From Eledone cirrhosa (Eukaryota), in the NCBI GenBank assembly GCA_964016885.1, contig OZ024760.1:33914001-33978000 (forward strand): a DNA stretch of 64,000 bases, given 5' to 3'. The notes below the pieces were generated by a model. The model was not told where the DNA came from. It saw only the letters and a program-made list of their open reading frames with translations, and searched no databases. The position numbers were made by a program, and so were the translations under genes. Of this stretch, positions 26,701-37,959 are shown piece by piece. Numbering within the stretch: the stretch's first letter is position 1; every line of letters begins with the position of its first letter.

Positions 26701-29336
26701 TTCCTCCATGCCTAGGGCTTCTCCGAGGGCGTCGTCGCACCTGCTAACCACCAGCCCTCTATAGAATGACGAGGTGGATTCTCCACTGACAGCCGGGTCC
26801 GCCTGCCAGAGAGCCGTGAGCGCCTGGGTACACTCGGTGTGCCAGGCGCCCAGTTTTCTCGGTCTTTGCTTGACCCAGGATTGCAGCTCGGTGAGCGAGA
26901 CGAGTCTGGGAAAGGCTCGCCTCACAAACGGGGCCCACACCAGTTGACTGGTGAGGAATACCTGGAGGTGCTGTAGCCTTAATGCATGTTTACGTATCAT
27001 TAGCCACGGCATCCCCAGCCCTCCTTTCGAAGGGTGTTGACAGCAGATGGATCTCCTCACCATAGGAGCTCGCTTCTTCCAAAGGAATTGGAAGAGTGCG
27101 CGCTCCATTTTGGTGAGTGTTTCTCTTGGGCAAGGCACAACGGTCAGGCGCTAGTAGATGACGGACGCTATATAAGTGTTCGCCACCTCCGCCTGACCTT
27201 TCAGGGACAGTTTGCACTCGGCCCACTTCTGGGTCAGTGCAAACACCCTGTTCGTTACCTCACCCCAGTTCTTCTCCACCTGGAGGTCTGGTCCGAACCA
27301 TACCCCGAGCAACTTCACCGGGCCCTCCGTCCAGCGCCCGACGACGCCATCGGAGGGCATCAATCTGCCCCTCCACGTGCCGAGTTGCAGACCGATCGAC
27401 TTGTCCCGGTTCAGCTTAGCCCCTGTAAACCTTTCGTACTCCTCCAGTAAGGTGCCGATCGCCCCGATTTCCGAGGCCGTCGACACCATTACTGTTACGT
27501 CATCGGCGTAAGCCGACACCGCTTTCCGCAATCCCGGTTCCAACGGGATGCCCTGCAACAACTCCAACTTCCACAGCAGTGGCTCTATAGTCACTGCATA
27601 CAGAAGGGAGGAGAGAGGGCACCCTTGTCGGATGGACCGCGCGATTTCGAACGGCTTCGAAAGGTAGCCGTTCACCTTGACCCTAGAGCAGATGCGGCTG
27701 CTGAAATAGGTAAATAGACAGATAGATGGATAACGGACGGTGTAACAATGATGAGGAGATACATATATATATATATATATGTAAATGAAGTATTTCCGTA
27801 GGAAAGGTACAGGAAAAGAGAGTGCTCTATGTAGGCTACAGAGCTTATTAGTTATGTAATAAACAACATAAGATAATTATTTCATTTACCAGTGGTTTCT
27901 TGAAGGCAGATATTTATATCTGTCTTCAGTCGGCAGAATGAATAAATAACATCTAGCATGAAAGATAATGTATTCTTCTAATTTAGAAATATTAATGAAA
28001 AGTCTAGCAAAATCTAAAGGCTTTAGTTAATAAGGATTCTGTGCTAGAGGGGTAAAAATCAACAATATCAAATTGGGTAAATCTACACTTATTTTTTCCT
28101 TGTATATTATTAAATATCAAGAAATAACAGAGGATGTATTTAACCATTGGGATAAGTCAGTCTTAGTTCTTATTTGAAGTATTATATTTCTTAGGATTTT
28201 TTTTTACTTGCAAGACCAATTTCAGATTTAGCAGGGTTGATTAGTCTACAACTGAGTCGATTAGTAAAGTCTAATTTATGGTCTTTAATATATGCTTTAC
28301 GTTTGGCTAGGCTTTCAATTCGGTTATCAATTTTTAAAGTACTAGCTAGGGCTTTAGCTTCATTATTAATGGTATTATAAGTATTAATGTTAGCTTTTTG
28401 GTATTTAGCAGTGATTCTGACGACTGAAGACAGATATAAATATCTGCCTTCAAGAACCACTGGTAAATGAAATAATTATCATATGTTGTTTATTACATAA
28501 CTATATATCCGTATTTTGACTAAAGAAATTAAAGAAATTATTTAGCCAGATAGTGGGGTTAAGAACCCTCGGAGAAATGGAAAAAGATGAGTATTGACGT
28601 ACATGTACGTCAATACTCATCTTTTTCCATTTCTCCGAATGTTCTTAACCCCACTATCAGGCTAAATAATTTCTTTCGTCAAAATACGGCGATATCTTAC
28701 ATTTATAATCATTTCAAACCCGTACGCTGTTTCGAAAATATTCTTACATAACTATATATATATATATATATACACACACATGTATACATGTATAGTTACA
28801 CATAGATAGTTATATATGTGTGTGTGTGTGTGAGGGAGAGAATGTGTGTGTATACATATATTTTTGTTACTTGTTTCAGTCAAATGCGGCCATGCTGGGG
28901 CACCTCCACTCTGAAAGGATTTTGTCAATCATATCCATATTTAGTTACTCAAATCTGGTATTTATATTATCGACACATGTACACACACACACATACATAT
29001 ATTTATGTAAGTATATATGTATATATATGTGTGTGTGTAATATTTATGTTAACTGTTCGACTTTACTCTCAACTTAAACGTCGTATTTATTAGTCTCTTC
29101 TTTCGTTTGTACCCACAACTGTCTGCATATATATATAGAAGTGGTTACACAACAGTTAGTTCACCATACCGAGAACAATTGTTTCACCTTAGCGGATCCT
29201 CAGCTCGTAATGGATCCGCTAAGGTGCAACAATTGTTCTCGGTATGGTGAACTGTTGTGTAACCACTTCTACCTAACTCGTCCCATGGACTGAGTGCTCT
29301 ACCACTGCGGATATTACCTTCCAGGTGTTCTACAAC

Positions 29337-29380
<44 letters not shown>

Positions 29381-29508
29381 AAAAAGACAATCATGTGTGT
29401 ATATATACAAGCTGGCCCCCAAAAATGTATACACACTTCATGAGCATTCTAATAAATATTGCCTGTACAGGGAATCAAAGTGTGTATACATTTATTTGTG
29501 GAGGACAC

Positions 29509-29549
<41 letters not shown>

Positions 29550-29684
29550 GTTTCCGTGAGTGTGTGCACACGTGCGAATAAAATCAAGAAACTGGGGGAG
29601 AGAAAGACTTAGGAATCAACCAAGAATATTATTTAAAGCCCCCAAAATCTGTTACTCACCGTTACTTGTGTAATAAAACACCAT
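20752..29684 (-). CDS. CCDC25: Coiled-coil domain-containing protein 25 (NFACT RNA-binding domain family), 9 coding exons, 208 aa
   Basis: Minus-strand exons, all GT-AG and phase-consistent: 29684-29660 MVFYYTSN; 25530-25483 [16 protein letters not shown]; 24981-24942 [13 protein letters not shown]; 24349-24298 [18 protein letters not shown]; 23247-23172 [25 protein letters not shown]; 22548-22445 [35 protein letters not shown]; 21819-21617 [24 protein letters not shown]...EEL; 20951-20906 [16 protein letters not shown]; 20784-20752 [10 protein letters not shown]. Total 627 nt, closely matching vertebrate CCDC25 as I recall it. Confidence 0.96.
21803..22066. repeat. 80-bp tandem repeat (3 units plus a partial) overlapping the CCDC25 exon 7 acceptor
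   Basis: acatggaccttgtggacctgacattacaaaaggtaaagttgacaccagagggagctcaacacagaacataaagggacaca repeated exactly with period 80. Confidence 0.95.
23280..23512. mobile_element. piggyBac-like MITE
   Basis: TTAA-CCCTTT...AAAGGG-TTAA termini. A different family with similar ends lies at 32426-32638, with a reversed relative at about 17630-17901. Confidence 0.6.
25880..27701 (-). mobile_element. Tx1/L1-clade LINE, 5'-truncated, with a 12-bp TSD, in CCDC25 intron 1
   Basis: [43 protein letters not shown] and the zinc knuckle [18 protein letters not shown]. One in-frame TAG at 27151-27153. tgaaataggtaa is duplicated at 25868-25879 and 27702-27713. Confidence 0.92.
27849..28503 (-). mobile_element. PLE fragment (N-terminal RT region) between ~90-bp inverted repeats that each carry a damaged hammerhead
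   Basis: ORF 28191-28460 [25 protein letters not shown] is homologous to the 6800-6900 region. 27849-27937 is inverted against 28414-28503. The minus copy reads TTCATT-CTGCCGA-stem II-GAAACCACTGGTA-AATGAA; the plus copy has CTGACGA but GAA instead of GAAA. Confidence 0.8.
28509..28689. repeat. ~180-bp near-perfect palindrome
   Basis: Centre gacgtaca|tgtacgtc at 28603/28604; arms ccgtattttgac...gtcaaaatacgg. Confidence 0.9.
29170..29207 (-). ncRNA. Minimal type I hammerhead ribozyme inside a 135-bp palindrome (29136-29271)
   Basis: The minus strand reads CGAG-CTGAGGA-t-CC-gctaa-GG-t-GAA-ACAATTGT-T-CTCG: stem I CGAG/CTCG, palindromic stem III ACAATTGT, triplet GUU. Confidence 0.75.
29406..29512. 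mobile_element. Tc1/mariner-like MITE remnant
   Basis: Imperfect TIRs cccaaaaatgtatacacac ... gtgtgtatacatttatttgtgg, in TA context. Confidence 0.45.
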
Positions 29685-31076
29685 TATCGTTGGCAATATT
29701 GGTGATTACGAAAATAAAACGAGACAAGATTTACGAAAAAATTAAAAATAAATAAGTTGTAAATAATATTTTCTATTTCCTAGGGTTAATTTACTCTGAA
29801 ATAACTTTTAGATTATCAAACAGAAGTATAAATGAGGACTAGAGCTGCTTTAAAATCATCATTTTTGGTGAGGACTTCTTTATCTATGGTTTCAGTTTGT
29901 TTCTAAAGTTTAAACAATTAAACTCATTAATGTCGGACAGAAGTCGGTGTTGAAGAGTGAACAAGGGAGATCACTCTAGATTACTGCTGTTGAGCAAAGA
30001 TACAAGTTTCCTCCTTCACCGTTTCAACTTACCTCCCGCTAATCTGAAATCATCGCTTTCATATTATTAGTATCGGTAGAGCACCGGACACCTTGTTTTG
30101 CAGCATAGAGTTACGGCCCTTTACGTTCTGAGTTCAGATCCCACCGAGGTTAACTTTGCTTTTCATCCTTACGGAGTCGATAAAATAAAGTACCAGTAAT
30201 GCACTGAGGTCGATTTAATCAACCTTTCCCCACCTTCAAAAATTGCTGGCCTTGTGCCTAAATCAGAAATCATTATTTGTCCCCACTATTTCATATTGTT
30301 TGTTTGAAGTCGTAACTCCTGGCGGAGTCTTGGCATAAGGCGTGTCTGTCTTCGGCATTTTTAAACCAGGCGGCGTCCATCTCTTCTCCAGAGTGGAACA
30401 CAGCCGATTTCTTTTAGAGAGAGAAAGAGGAAGTGAGAAAGAAATATAGAGAAGGAATCGACCCCAGTAATGGTCTAGTGCTTCTTTTTTTATCGACGAA
30501 AGGCGACGTTGATCTCAGAGTGCCGAGAGCAGGAACTAATACCACAAAGCATTCTAACTAACGATCTAATGATTCAACCCCACACGCAACTGTAATAATC
30601 CCTTTATTAACCACAAAGGCCGATAATAATCTGAAACAATAGATAGGGTGTTTGTTAAAACAAGATACCAGTGAAATACTTGGGTCAATTTAATACTTTT
30701 ATAACGTATTCTAAATGTTAACGGAATTATAATAAAAGTTGTTGCATCCCTTCATCATAATTATTTTTTTAATTATTATTATTTTTTTTAAACCTAATTG
30801 TGGACAGTTGAAAAACTTTTACCATCTGTCACGATATTATCAACAAAAGAGTTCTTCTTCCAAGGGAGGTCACTCTCAAGTCATCGACCACGTATTGTTT
30901 TTGTTTAGTTAACCGCAATCTTCCTACATACTCCGATAGATAACGTTTATTGTTTATCTGTAAAGACTTCAACTCTGCTACCACTATCTACTAATTATAT
31001 ATACACTCACCACTGCAACTTAACAAACAACAACGACAAATATTTAAATCTTATTTGTTTTACTAATTGAACAAAA
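29685..31076. promoter_or_regulatory. Putative bidirectional promoter and 5' UTR interval between CCDC25 and DTD2
   Basis: Divergent start codons are 1.39 kb apart. The motif CAAGGGAG..CACTCT occurs at 29962-29977 and 30861-30876. TSSs were not determined. Confidence 0.55.
30070..30280 (+). mobile_element. tRNA-derived SINE copy
   Basis: B-box-like gagttcagatccc followed by the recurring core ctttgcttttcatcctt.cgg.gtcgataaaataaagtaccagt. Related pieces lie at about 22260-22420, 30455-30560, 31700-31930 and 32280-32430. Confidence 0.65.
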
Positions 31077-33077
31077 ATGTCTCGGGAGAATAAGTCGAAA
31101 TCAGAGCCGGTGAACTGTGTGAAAGCCCGGGCCATGTTACAACAATGCTTATCTGCGAGGTTACAGGTCAAGCCGAAAACGGACGACAGTGAAGCGGAAT
31201 TTGTTGAAATAGGTAACTACCATCAATTTATTGTTGTTGTTTAGCCACATGTCAGCCCTCCTGAGCTGACCATATGGTTAAAGAAATTTCAGCCAGTTTT
31301 GACCATCTCAACGCTATTTCTTTCATCCATCTATGTATGTATGTATGTGTTAAGTATTTCCGTAGAAAAGGTAAAGGAAATATATATATATTCATATATG
31401 TGTGTATCTCGGGTTCAATACAGGAGGGTCAGCTGAAAAGTTCATAAACTGACTAAGATACTCCCATGGAATGACCAAGTGAGGTTTATTTCTCAACATA
31501 TTCCCTTGAAAGAAATCTTGCAGTTATTAATAAGAAGAGTTGAAATTAATGCATGTAATATTTCACAGCGCTAGCATCACTCCTTCATAGTCAGCCTATG
31601 AACTTTTCAGCCGACCCTCGTATATATTATATATTTTTTATTTATATATACACATATACATACATATATACCTACATATACACACACATGTATATATATA
31701 CTGAGGTCGGTCTAATCGACTTTTACTCCTCCCGCCCAGAATTACTGGCCTTGTGCTTGAAGTAGAAATAATTATTTGGGCGGTGAATTGTCAGAATCGC
31801 TAGAGCGTCGGATGATATGCTTTGTGTTATTTGATTACGTCTGTTATTTTGTTACTAGTTTCTAAGTTCAAAGTCCGTTGAAGTCAACTTTGCCGTTCAT
31901 CCTTCTGAGATCAATAAAATAAAAATATCGATGCCCATTGGCTTTCACGGACCCTCTTCGAGAACAGAGATTGATGATATATATTCTGTTTAAAATGTTG
32001 CAGGTTCGCGCCTTGTGGGTGTTGACATGAGAAATGGTGGTGGTGGTAGGGAGTTTCTCTCCCTCTCTCACTCAACTGCTCTCTATAACCCCCTCTCTCT
32101 ACCTCCCTCTATACCCGTCTCTCTTTCTCACCTCCTCCCCTCCTCTCTCTTTGGATTTTCCTTGATAGTATTCTTGGGTAGCTGACCTGTTGTTGGGAGG
32201 GGTCTCTTGTTCGGAACACAGCTAATTTCTTCCAGAGAAATAAAGAATCGACCTTTGCCACCCCCAAAAAGAAAATACAGAAGTAGTACTTTATTTATCG
32301 ACCTCAGATGGATGAAAGGCAAAGCTGACCTCAGTGGGATTTAAAGTCAGAGCTTATTGGAGCTGGATCAAATACAGAAGCATTTTAAAATCCAATCTGC
32401 CAAGCGACTCTGCTAATCCATTGCCTTAGCCCTTCAGCATTTAAACCAGCCGTATCTGGCCAGAATTCTCTCTCCTCTTCCTGTTCAAACTGGCTGTAAC
32501 CAGCTGCTCATACTTATGTTAAGATATTGTTCTCAAAATAAATATTACAACCTCATAGATTCGATATTATGTGAGATAAAGAGTTTACCATGAAAATACA
32601 ATAGTAAATATAGAGTAATGTAAATATTAAAGGGTTAAATTTTAGGGATATAAATGTATAAATACATTTGTCTTTCTCTAATTCTCACATTCAGGTCGGG
32701 GATTAATAGCGTATGTGTGCTTCATGAAGGGATCCAATGAAGAATTGGTTGATCGCATGGTGAAATCTGTGCTCAATGTCAGACTGAGCGAAAATGAAAG
32801 TGGAAAGCTGGTGTCCATTCTCGACCTTCCAGGGGATGTGTTGGTAATTCCACAGGCAACTCTGGGGGCAAGTATGAAAGGTAAATGTATGCAGTACCAC
32901 AAGAATATTGCGAAAGATGAGGGCCAGCTGCTGTACACACGGTTTGTCAATATATGTCGGAGTACAGCACAGAAACAAAACCCGGAGTATTTAGTCCACA
33001 ATGGTACATATGGGAACCGGCAAGTTTTAAGCACCGTCACAAATGGACCTTTTTCTCATTTTCTAGAATTTTCTTGA
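31077..33077 (+). CDS. DTD2: D-aminoacyl-tRNA deacylase 2, 2 coding exons, 172 aa
   Basis: Exon 1 31077-31212 MSRENKSKSEPVNCVKARAMLQQCLSARLQVKPKTDDSEAEFVEI, donor gtaact. Exon 2 32695-33077, after ttcag: GRGLIAYVCFMKG...VSILDLPGDVLVIPQATLG...MQYH...GTYGNRQVL..TNGPFSHFLEFS*. PQATL and the TNGP (Gly-Pro) motif are characteristic of DTD2. Total 519 nt. Confidence 0.96.
31421..31620. mobile_element. Mariner-like MITE in the DTD2 intron
   Basis: TIRs gagggtcagctgaaaagttcata..ctgacta / tagtcag..tatgaacttttcagccgaccctc, flanked by TA. Confidence 0.75.
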
Positions 33078-33134
33078 TTAAAGATAATATCATTAAATCC
33101 TTTTTTACATTTTTATGTTTGTCATTGTTTTGTT

Positions 33135-33548
33135 TGGAGTGGAGTGTGTGTGTGTGAGAGAGAGTGGAGTGTGTGTGTGAGAGAGTGGAGTGTGTGTGTG
33201 TGAGAGAGTGGAATGTGTGTGAGAGAGTGGAGTGTGTGTGTGAGAGAGAGAGTGGAGTATGTGTGTGAGAGTGGAGTGTATGTGTGAGAGAGTGGAGTGT
33301 GCATGAGAGAGTGGAGTGTGTGAGAGTGGAGTGTGTGTGTGTGAGAGAGTGGAGTGTGTGTGTGAGAGAGTGGAGTGTGTGTGAGTGAGTGGAGTGTGTG
33401 TGTATGAGAGAGAGGAGTTTGTGTGTGTGAGAGAGTGGAGTGTGTGAGAGAGTGGAGTGTGTGTGAGAGAGTGGAGTGTGTGTGTGAGAGAGAGTGGAGT
33501 ATGTGAGAGAGAGTGGAGTGTGTGAGAGAGAGAGTGGAGTGTGTGTGA
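33135..33548. repeat. (GAGAGTGGAGTGTGT)n compound minisatellite
   Basis: Repeated gtggagtgtgtg...gagaga units directly after the DTD2 stop region. Confidence 0.9.
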
Positions 33549-33825
33549 GATGTATTTCAAATTGCTGTGATAGTCAAGATAAGCTCCATGCCCCACCCCC
33601 TCTATTGCAGGGCTAAATCACAGCTGATGCTGCTGCTCCTAACACATTTCCCCCAGCTGAGTAAACTGGAGCAATGTAAAATAGAGGGTCTTGCTGAAGA
33701 CACAAACACACTACCCTGTCTGTGAACTAAATACAGCACCTCATGGTGGTGAACCTGACATCTTAACCACTAAGCAACACACCTTCACGATATTGTGCCT
33801 GGGGTTAAATGACACCACTATTGCT

Positions 33826-35295
33826 GCCACAACACCACCACTACCAACACCACCAACACCAACACCACCACCATCACCACCATCACCACCAACACCACCA
33901 ACACCATCACCGCCACCACCAACATCACCACCACCATCACTACATCCACCAACAACACCACCAACATCACCACCACCATCACCACCACCACCACCAACAC
34001 CACAACCACCACTGCCACCACCATCACCGCCACCAACAACAACACCACTACCACCACCACCAACACCACCACTGCCACCACCATCACCACCACCAACACC
34101 ACCACTACCACCAATACCACCACTACCAACACTACCACCATCACTTCTACCACCAACACCACCACCATCACTGCTCCCACCAACACCACCACCATCACCA
34201 CCACCATCACCGCCACCACCAACACCACTACCAACACCACCACCAACAGCACCACCATCACCACCAACACCACCACCACCATGAACAACACCACCACCAT
34301 CACCACCAACATTACCACCACCACCTAAAACAACACCATCACCATCACCAACACCACCACCATTACTGCAACCACCACCATCACCACCACCAACACCACC
34401 ACCATCACTACCACCATCACCACCACCACCATCACCACAACCATCACCAACACCACCACCATCACCACCACCACCACCATAACCGCCATCACCACCAACA
34501 ACACCACCAACACCACCACCATCACTACCAACACCACCACCATAATCACCACCACCACTACCACTACCACCACCAACACAACCACCATCACTACCGCCAC
34601 CACCACCACCATAATCGGCACCATCAGCAACACCACTGCCACCACCACGACCGCCAACAGCTCCACACCCACCACCATCATCGCCACCACCAACACCACC
34701 ACCGACACCATCACCGCCACCACCAACACCACCACCACCAACACCACCACTGCCAACACCACCACCACCACCAACACCACCACCAACACCACCACCACCA
34801 ACTCCACCACCATCATCACCACCACCACCACCAACACCACCACCACCAACACCACCACCTTCACCACCAACACCACTACCACGAACACCACCCACATCAC
34901 CAACACCACCACCATCACCGCCACCACCAACACCACTACCAACACCACCACCAACAGCATCACCACCACCACTACCACCACCAACAACGACACCACCACC
35001 ATTACCACAACCACCACCAACACCACCACTACCAACACTACCACCATCACTTCTACCACCAACACCACCACCAACACCACCACCATCACCACCACCACCA
35101 ACACCACCACTAACACCACGACCAAAACCACCACCATCACAACCAACAACACCCCACCACCAGCCCACCAAAACCACCACCATCACCACTACCACCAACA
35201 CCACTACCAACAGCACCACCACCACCACTACCACCACTAACAACAACAACGACACCACTTCCATTACCACAACCACCACCATCACCACCAACACT

Positions 35296-35326
<31 letters not shown>

Positions 35327-36290
35327 CCACCACCATCACCATCACCAACACCACCACCATCACCACCACTACCAACACCACCACCAACACCGCCACCATT
35401 ATCACCACCATCATCACCACCAACACCACCACCATTACTGCCACCACAACCATCACCACCACCAACACCACCACCACCATCACCAACACCACCACCACCA
35501 ACACCACCACCATCACCACCACCAACACCATCACCAACACAACCACCACCATCACTACCACCAACACCACCACCAGCACCACCATCACTGCCACCACAAA
35601 CACCACCACCACTGCCACCACCTACACCACCAAAACCACCACTACCACCACCAACACCACCACCACTGCCAACACCACCACCACCACCAACACCACCACC
35701 ACCAACACCACCACCTTCACCACCAACACCACTACCACGAACACCACCACCATCACCAACGCCACCACCAACAATACCCCACCACCAGCACCACCACCAA
35801 CACCAGCCCACCAACACCACTACCAACACCACCACCACCACTACCACCACCAACACTACCACCACCACCACCATTACCACCACCATCACCACCAACACTA
35901 CCACCACCACCACAATTACCACCACTATCACCAACACCACCACCAACAACACCACCATCAACAGCGCCATCACCAACACCACGAACATCACCACCAACAC
36001 AACCCTCACCATCACCACCACCAACACCGCCACCATCACCACCACTACCAATACCACCACCACCCCACCACCACCACCAACATCAACATCACCACCATCA
36101 CCAAACACCGCCACCACCCCACCACCACCACCACCACCACCAACATCAGCACCACCAACACCACCAACATCACCACCATCACCAAACACCGCCACCACCC
36201 CACCACCACCATCACCACCACCAACACCACCAACACCACCACCATCACCACCAACACCACCACCACCCCAACACCAACACCACCACCACC
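33826..36290. repeat. 2.5-kb degenerate (CCA)n/(ACC)n trinucleotide tract with internal segmental duplications
   Basis: Almost entirely CAC/CCA/ACC-type triplets. Blocks such as actaccaacactaccaccatcacttctaccaccaac recur (about 34120 and 35030). Confidence 0.95.
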
Positions 36291-36500
36291 ACTCTTCGTT
36301 GTTGCTTGACCTGCTGAAAGTAGTAAACAAATCATCCTCAAATGACACCCTAACCCTATCTTATGTAAGGAAAGATACTACATTAGATAATCTTGTCTAA
36401 CACACTCCTAAACCAAGGGGATGGCCACGGCTGGAATGCTATTTATCAATATATATATATATATAATATAAAATCAAAAGATGGTTAAAAGAGTTCCAAG

Positions 36501-36571
36501 TATTTTATTATGCGCATTTCAAAAACAAATATCATCATGGGATGATATTTGCGTTCTCATCAGATAAAATA
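36501..36571 (-). ncRNA. Type I hammerhead ribozyme with long stem II and palindromic stem III
   Basis: The minus strand reads TATTTTAT-CTGATGA-gaac-GCAAATATCATC-ccat-GATGATATTTGT-tttt-GAA-ATGCGCAT-A-ATAAAATA: 8-bp stem I, triplet AUA. Confidence 0.85.
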
Positions 36572-37148
36572 GTGATACATGATATGAAACTTAAAAAACA
36601 CTTGCGAGCAGTGAAGTGTATAATCAACATATGAAAAATAAAGTAAGATGGATATATGAGATTGGGGAAAAGGGAGGGGGTGGTAGGAAAAAGTAAGGAA
36701 GAGGAAGAAAGAAAATAAAGGATGACGGGGGAGGAGTATAAGACGGAAGGATGAGAGAGGAGGAGAAATGAGTGATAGAGAGAGAGAAATAGCCTTTACA
36801 ACTGAGAAAACATTGTCTCACAGAGAGAAATTAAAAAAACCGTTGGAAGATAATAGATAATTTTAAAAGAATTTGAAATTAAAAGTTAATGAGGTTTATG
36901 AATGGTGATGTTTATGAATAAAGAAAAAGGAATTTATTTATTTAAGGTTTATATATTGAAGGGTTTAATAATATGTGCGAAAAAAAGAATTTATTAAAAT
37001 GTATTATTAAAATAAAAATATTAAGGATATAATATGAAAGAAAGAGAGATTGAATGACTTAGAGGAATTAGTTAGGGTTTAAGTTTGTTATATATATATA
37101 TATATACGATATAATAACAAATGGAAACTATATTTATAAAACCATATT

Positions 37149-37213
37149 TATTTCATTATACATATTTCAAGGACACCAAGTCAAATTATGGTGCGCTTTC
37201 ATCAGATAAAATA
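37149..37213 (-). ncRNA. Type I hammerhead ribozyme in the PLE terminal repeat
   Basis: TATTTTAT-CTGATGA-AAG.GCACCA-loop-TGGTGT.CTT-GAA-ATATGTAT-A-ATGAAATA; an identical inverted copy lies at 40009-40073. Confidence 0.8.
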
Positions 37214-37632
37214 TAATATAGATCAGTTTTATAAATAAATATTGACATACCCTTAAAGAATGCGACCATTTCTGTTGGAAGCTCCCGGATAGTGGAGTTA
37301 TTAAATTGATTTAGTCTATTATGCAAATTAGTGTCGGATATGTTTAAATCACAGTAGATTTAAAATAGGCCGTTGGGGTATGGAAAAAGAAAAAAGGAAA
37401 AGAGAAAGATAAGAAAAAAAGAAAAGAAGGAGCAAACTCTAAGAGGAAAAGAAGAAAACAAGAGAAAGAGAAAGCCCTAAGTGATAGGTTGTTGTATTAA
37501 CGTAAATTTTAAGATGAAGCGAAAAAATAAATATTTATTGGATGAGTTAGGCAAAGTAAATAAGCGTGAATAGAAAATAAATAATAATAACCGGAGAATT
37601 TTATCTGTTTAAATTTGATTAAATGTTTAGTT

Positions 37633-37959
37633 TGTAGCAGGAGTTGCCTCCCTTGTTGTGACACTCACATCCCCAATAGATTAATGCTCTCCAGACAGGA
37701 AGTAGAACCCTTTCTGTAACTTCCGGTCAGAACCCTATAAAACTAACAACGTTAAGCTCCCTATCTCTCATTCTCCCGGTCTTCGCTCAGGCGCGTTCAC
37801 CTGGCAACCAAGCGGTAACTAATAACTTTGTTTCATTCTCTCATCTATTCATTGACATGTCAACTATACTGTTCTATATATCCACAAATTGTTTATTAAA
37901 TATTATACACACAAACCAATCGTCTTTGTTATATTCATACACACTAGTATTCTGTTATA
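37633..37959 (+). mobile_element. Solo LTR related to the 9.6-11.5 kb element, with a 4-bp TSD
   Basis: Starts TGTAG and shares gaagtagaaccctttctgtaacttccgg, ccctataaaac and attgacatgtcaactatactgtt with those LTRs. AGTT is duplicated at 37629-37632 and 37960-37963. Confidence 0.88.

Noticed and set aside
33691-36348. Long Pro-rich, His/Gln-rich and Gly/Val-rich ORFs (up to 626 aa) on both strands
   Set aside because: Frames are open only because the (CCA)n tract lacks stop codons; there is no complex domain or credible exon structure.
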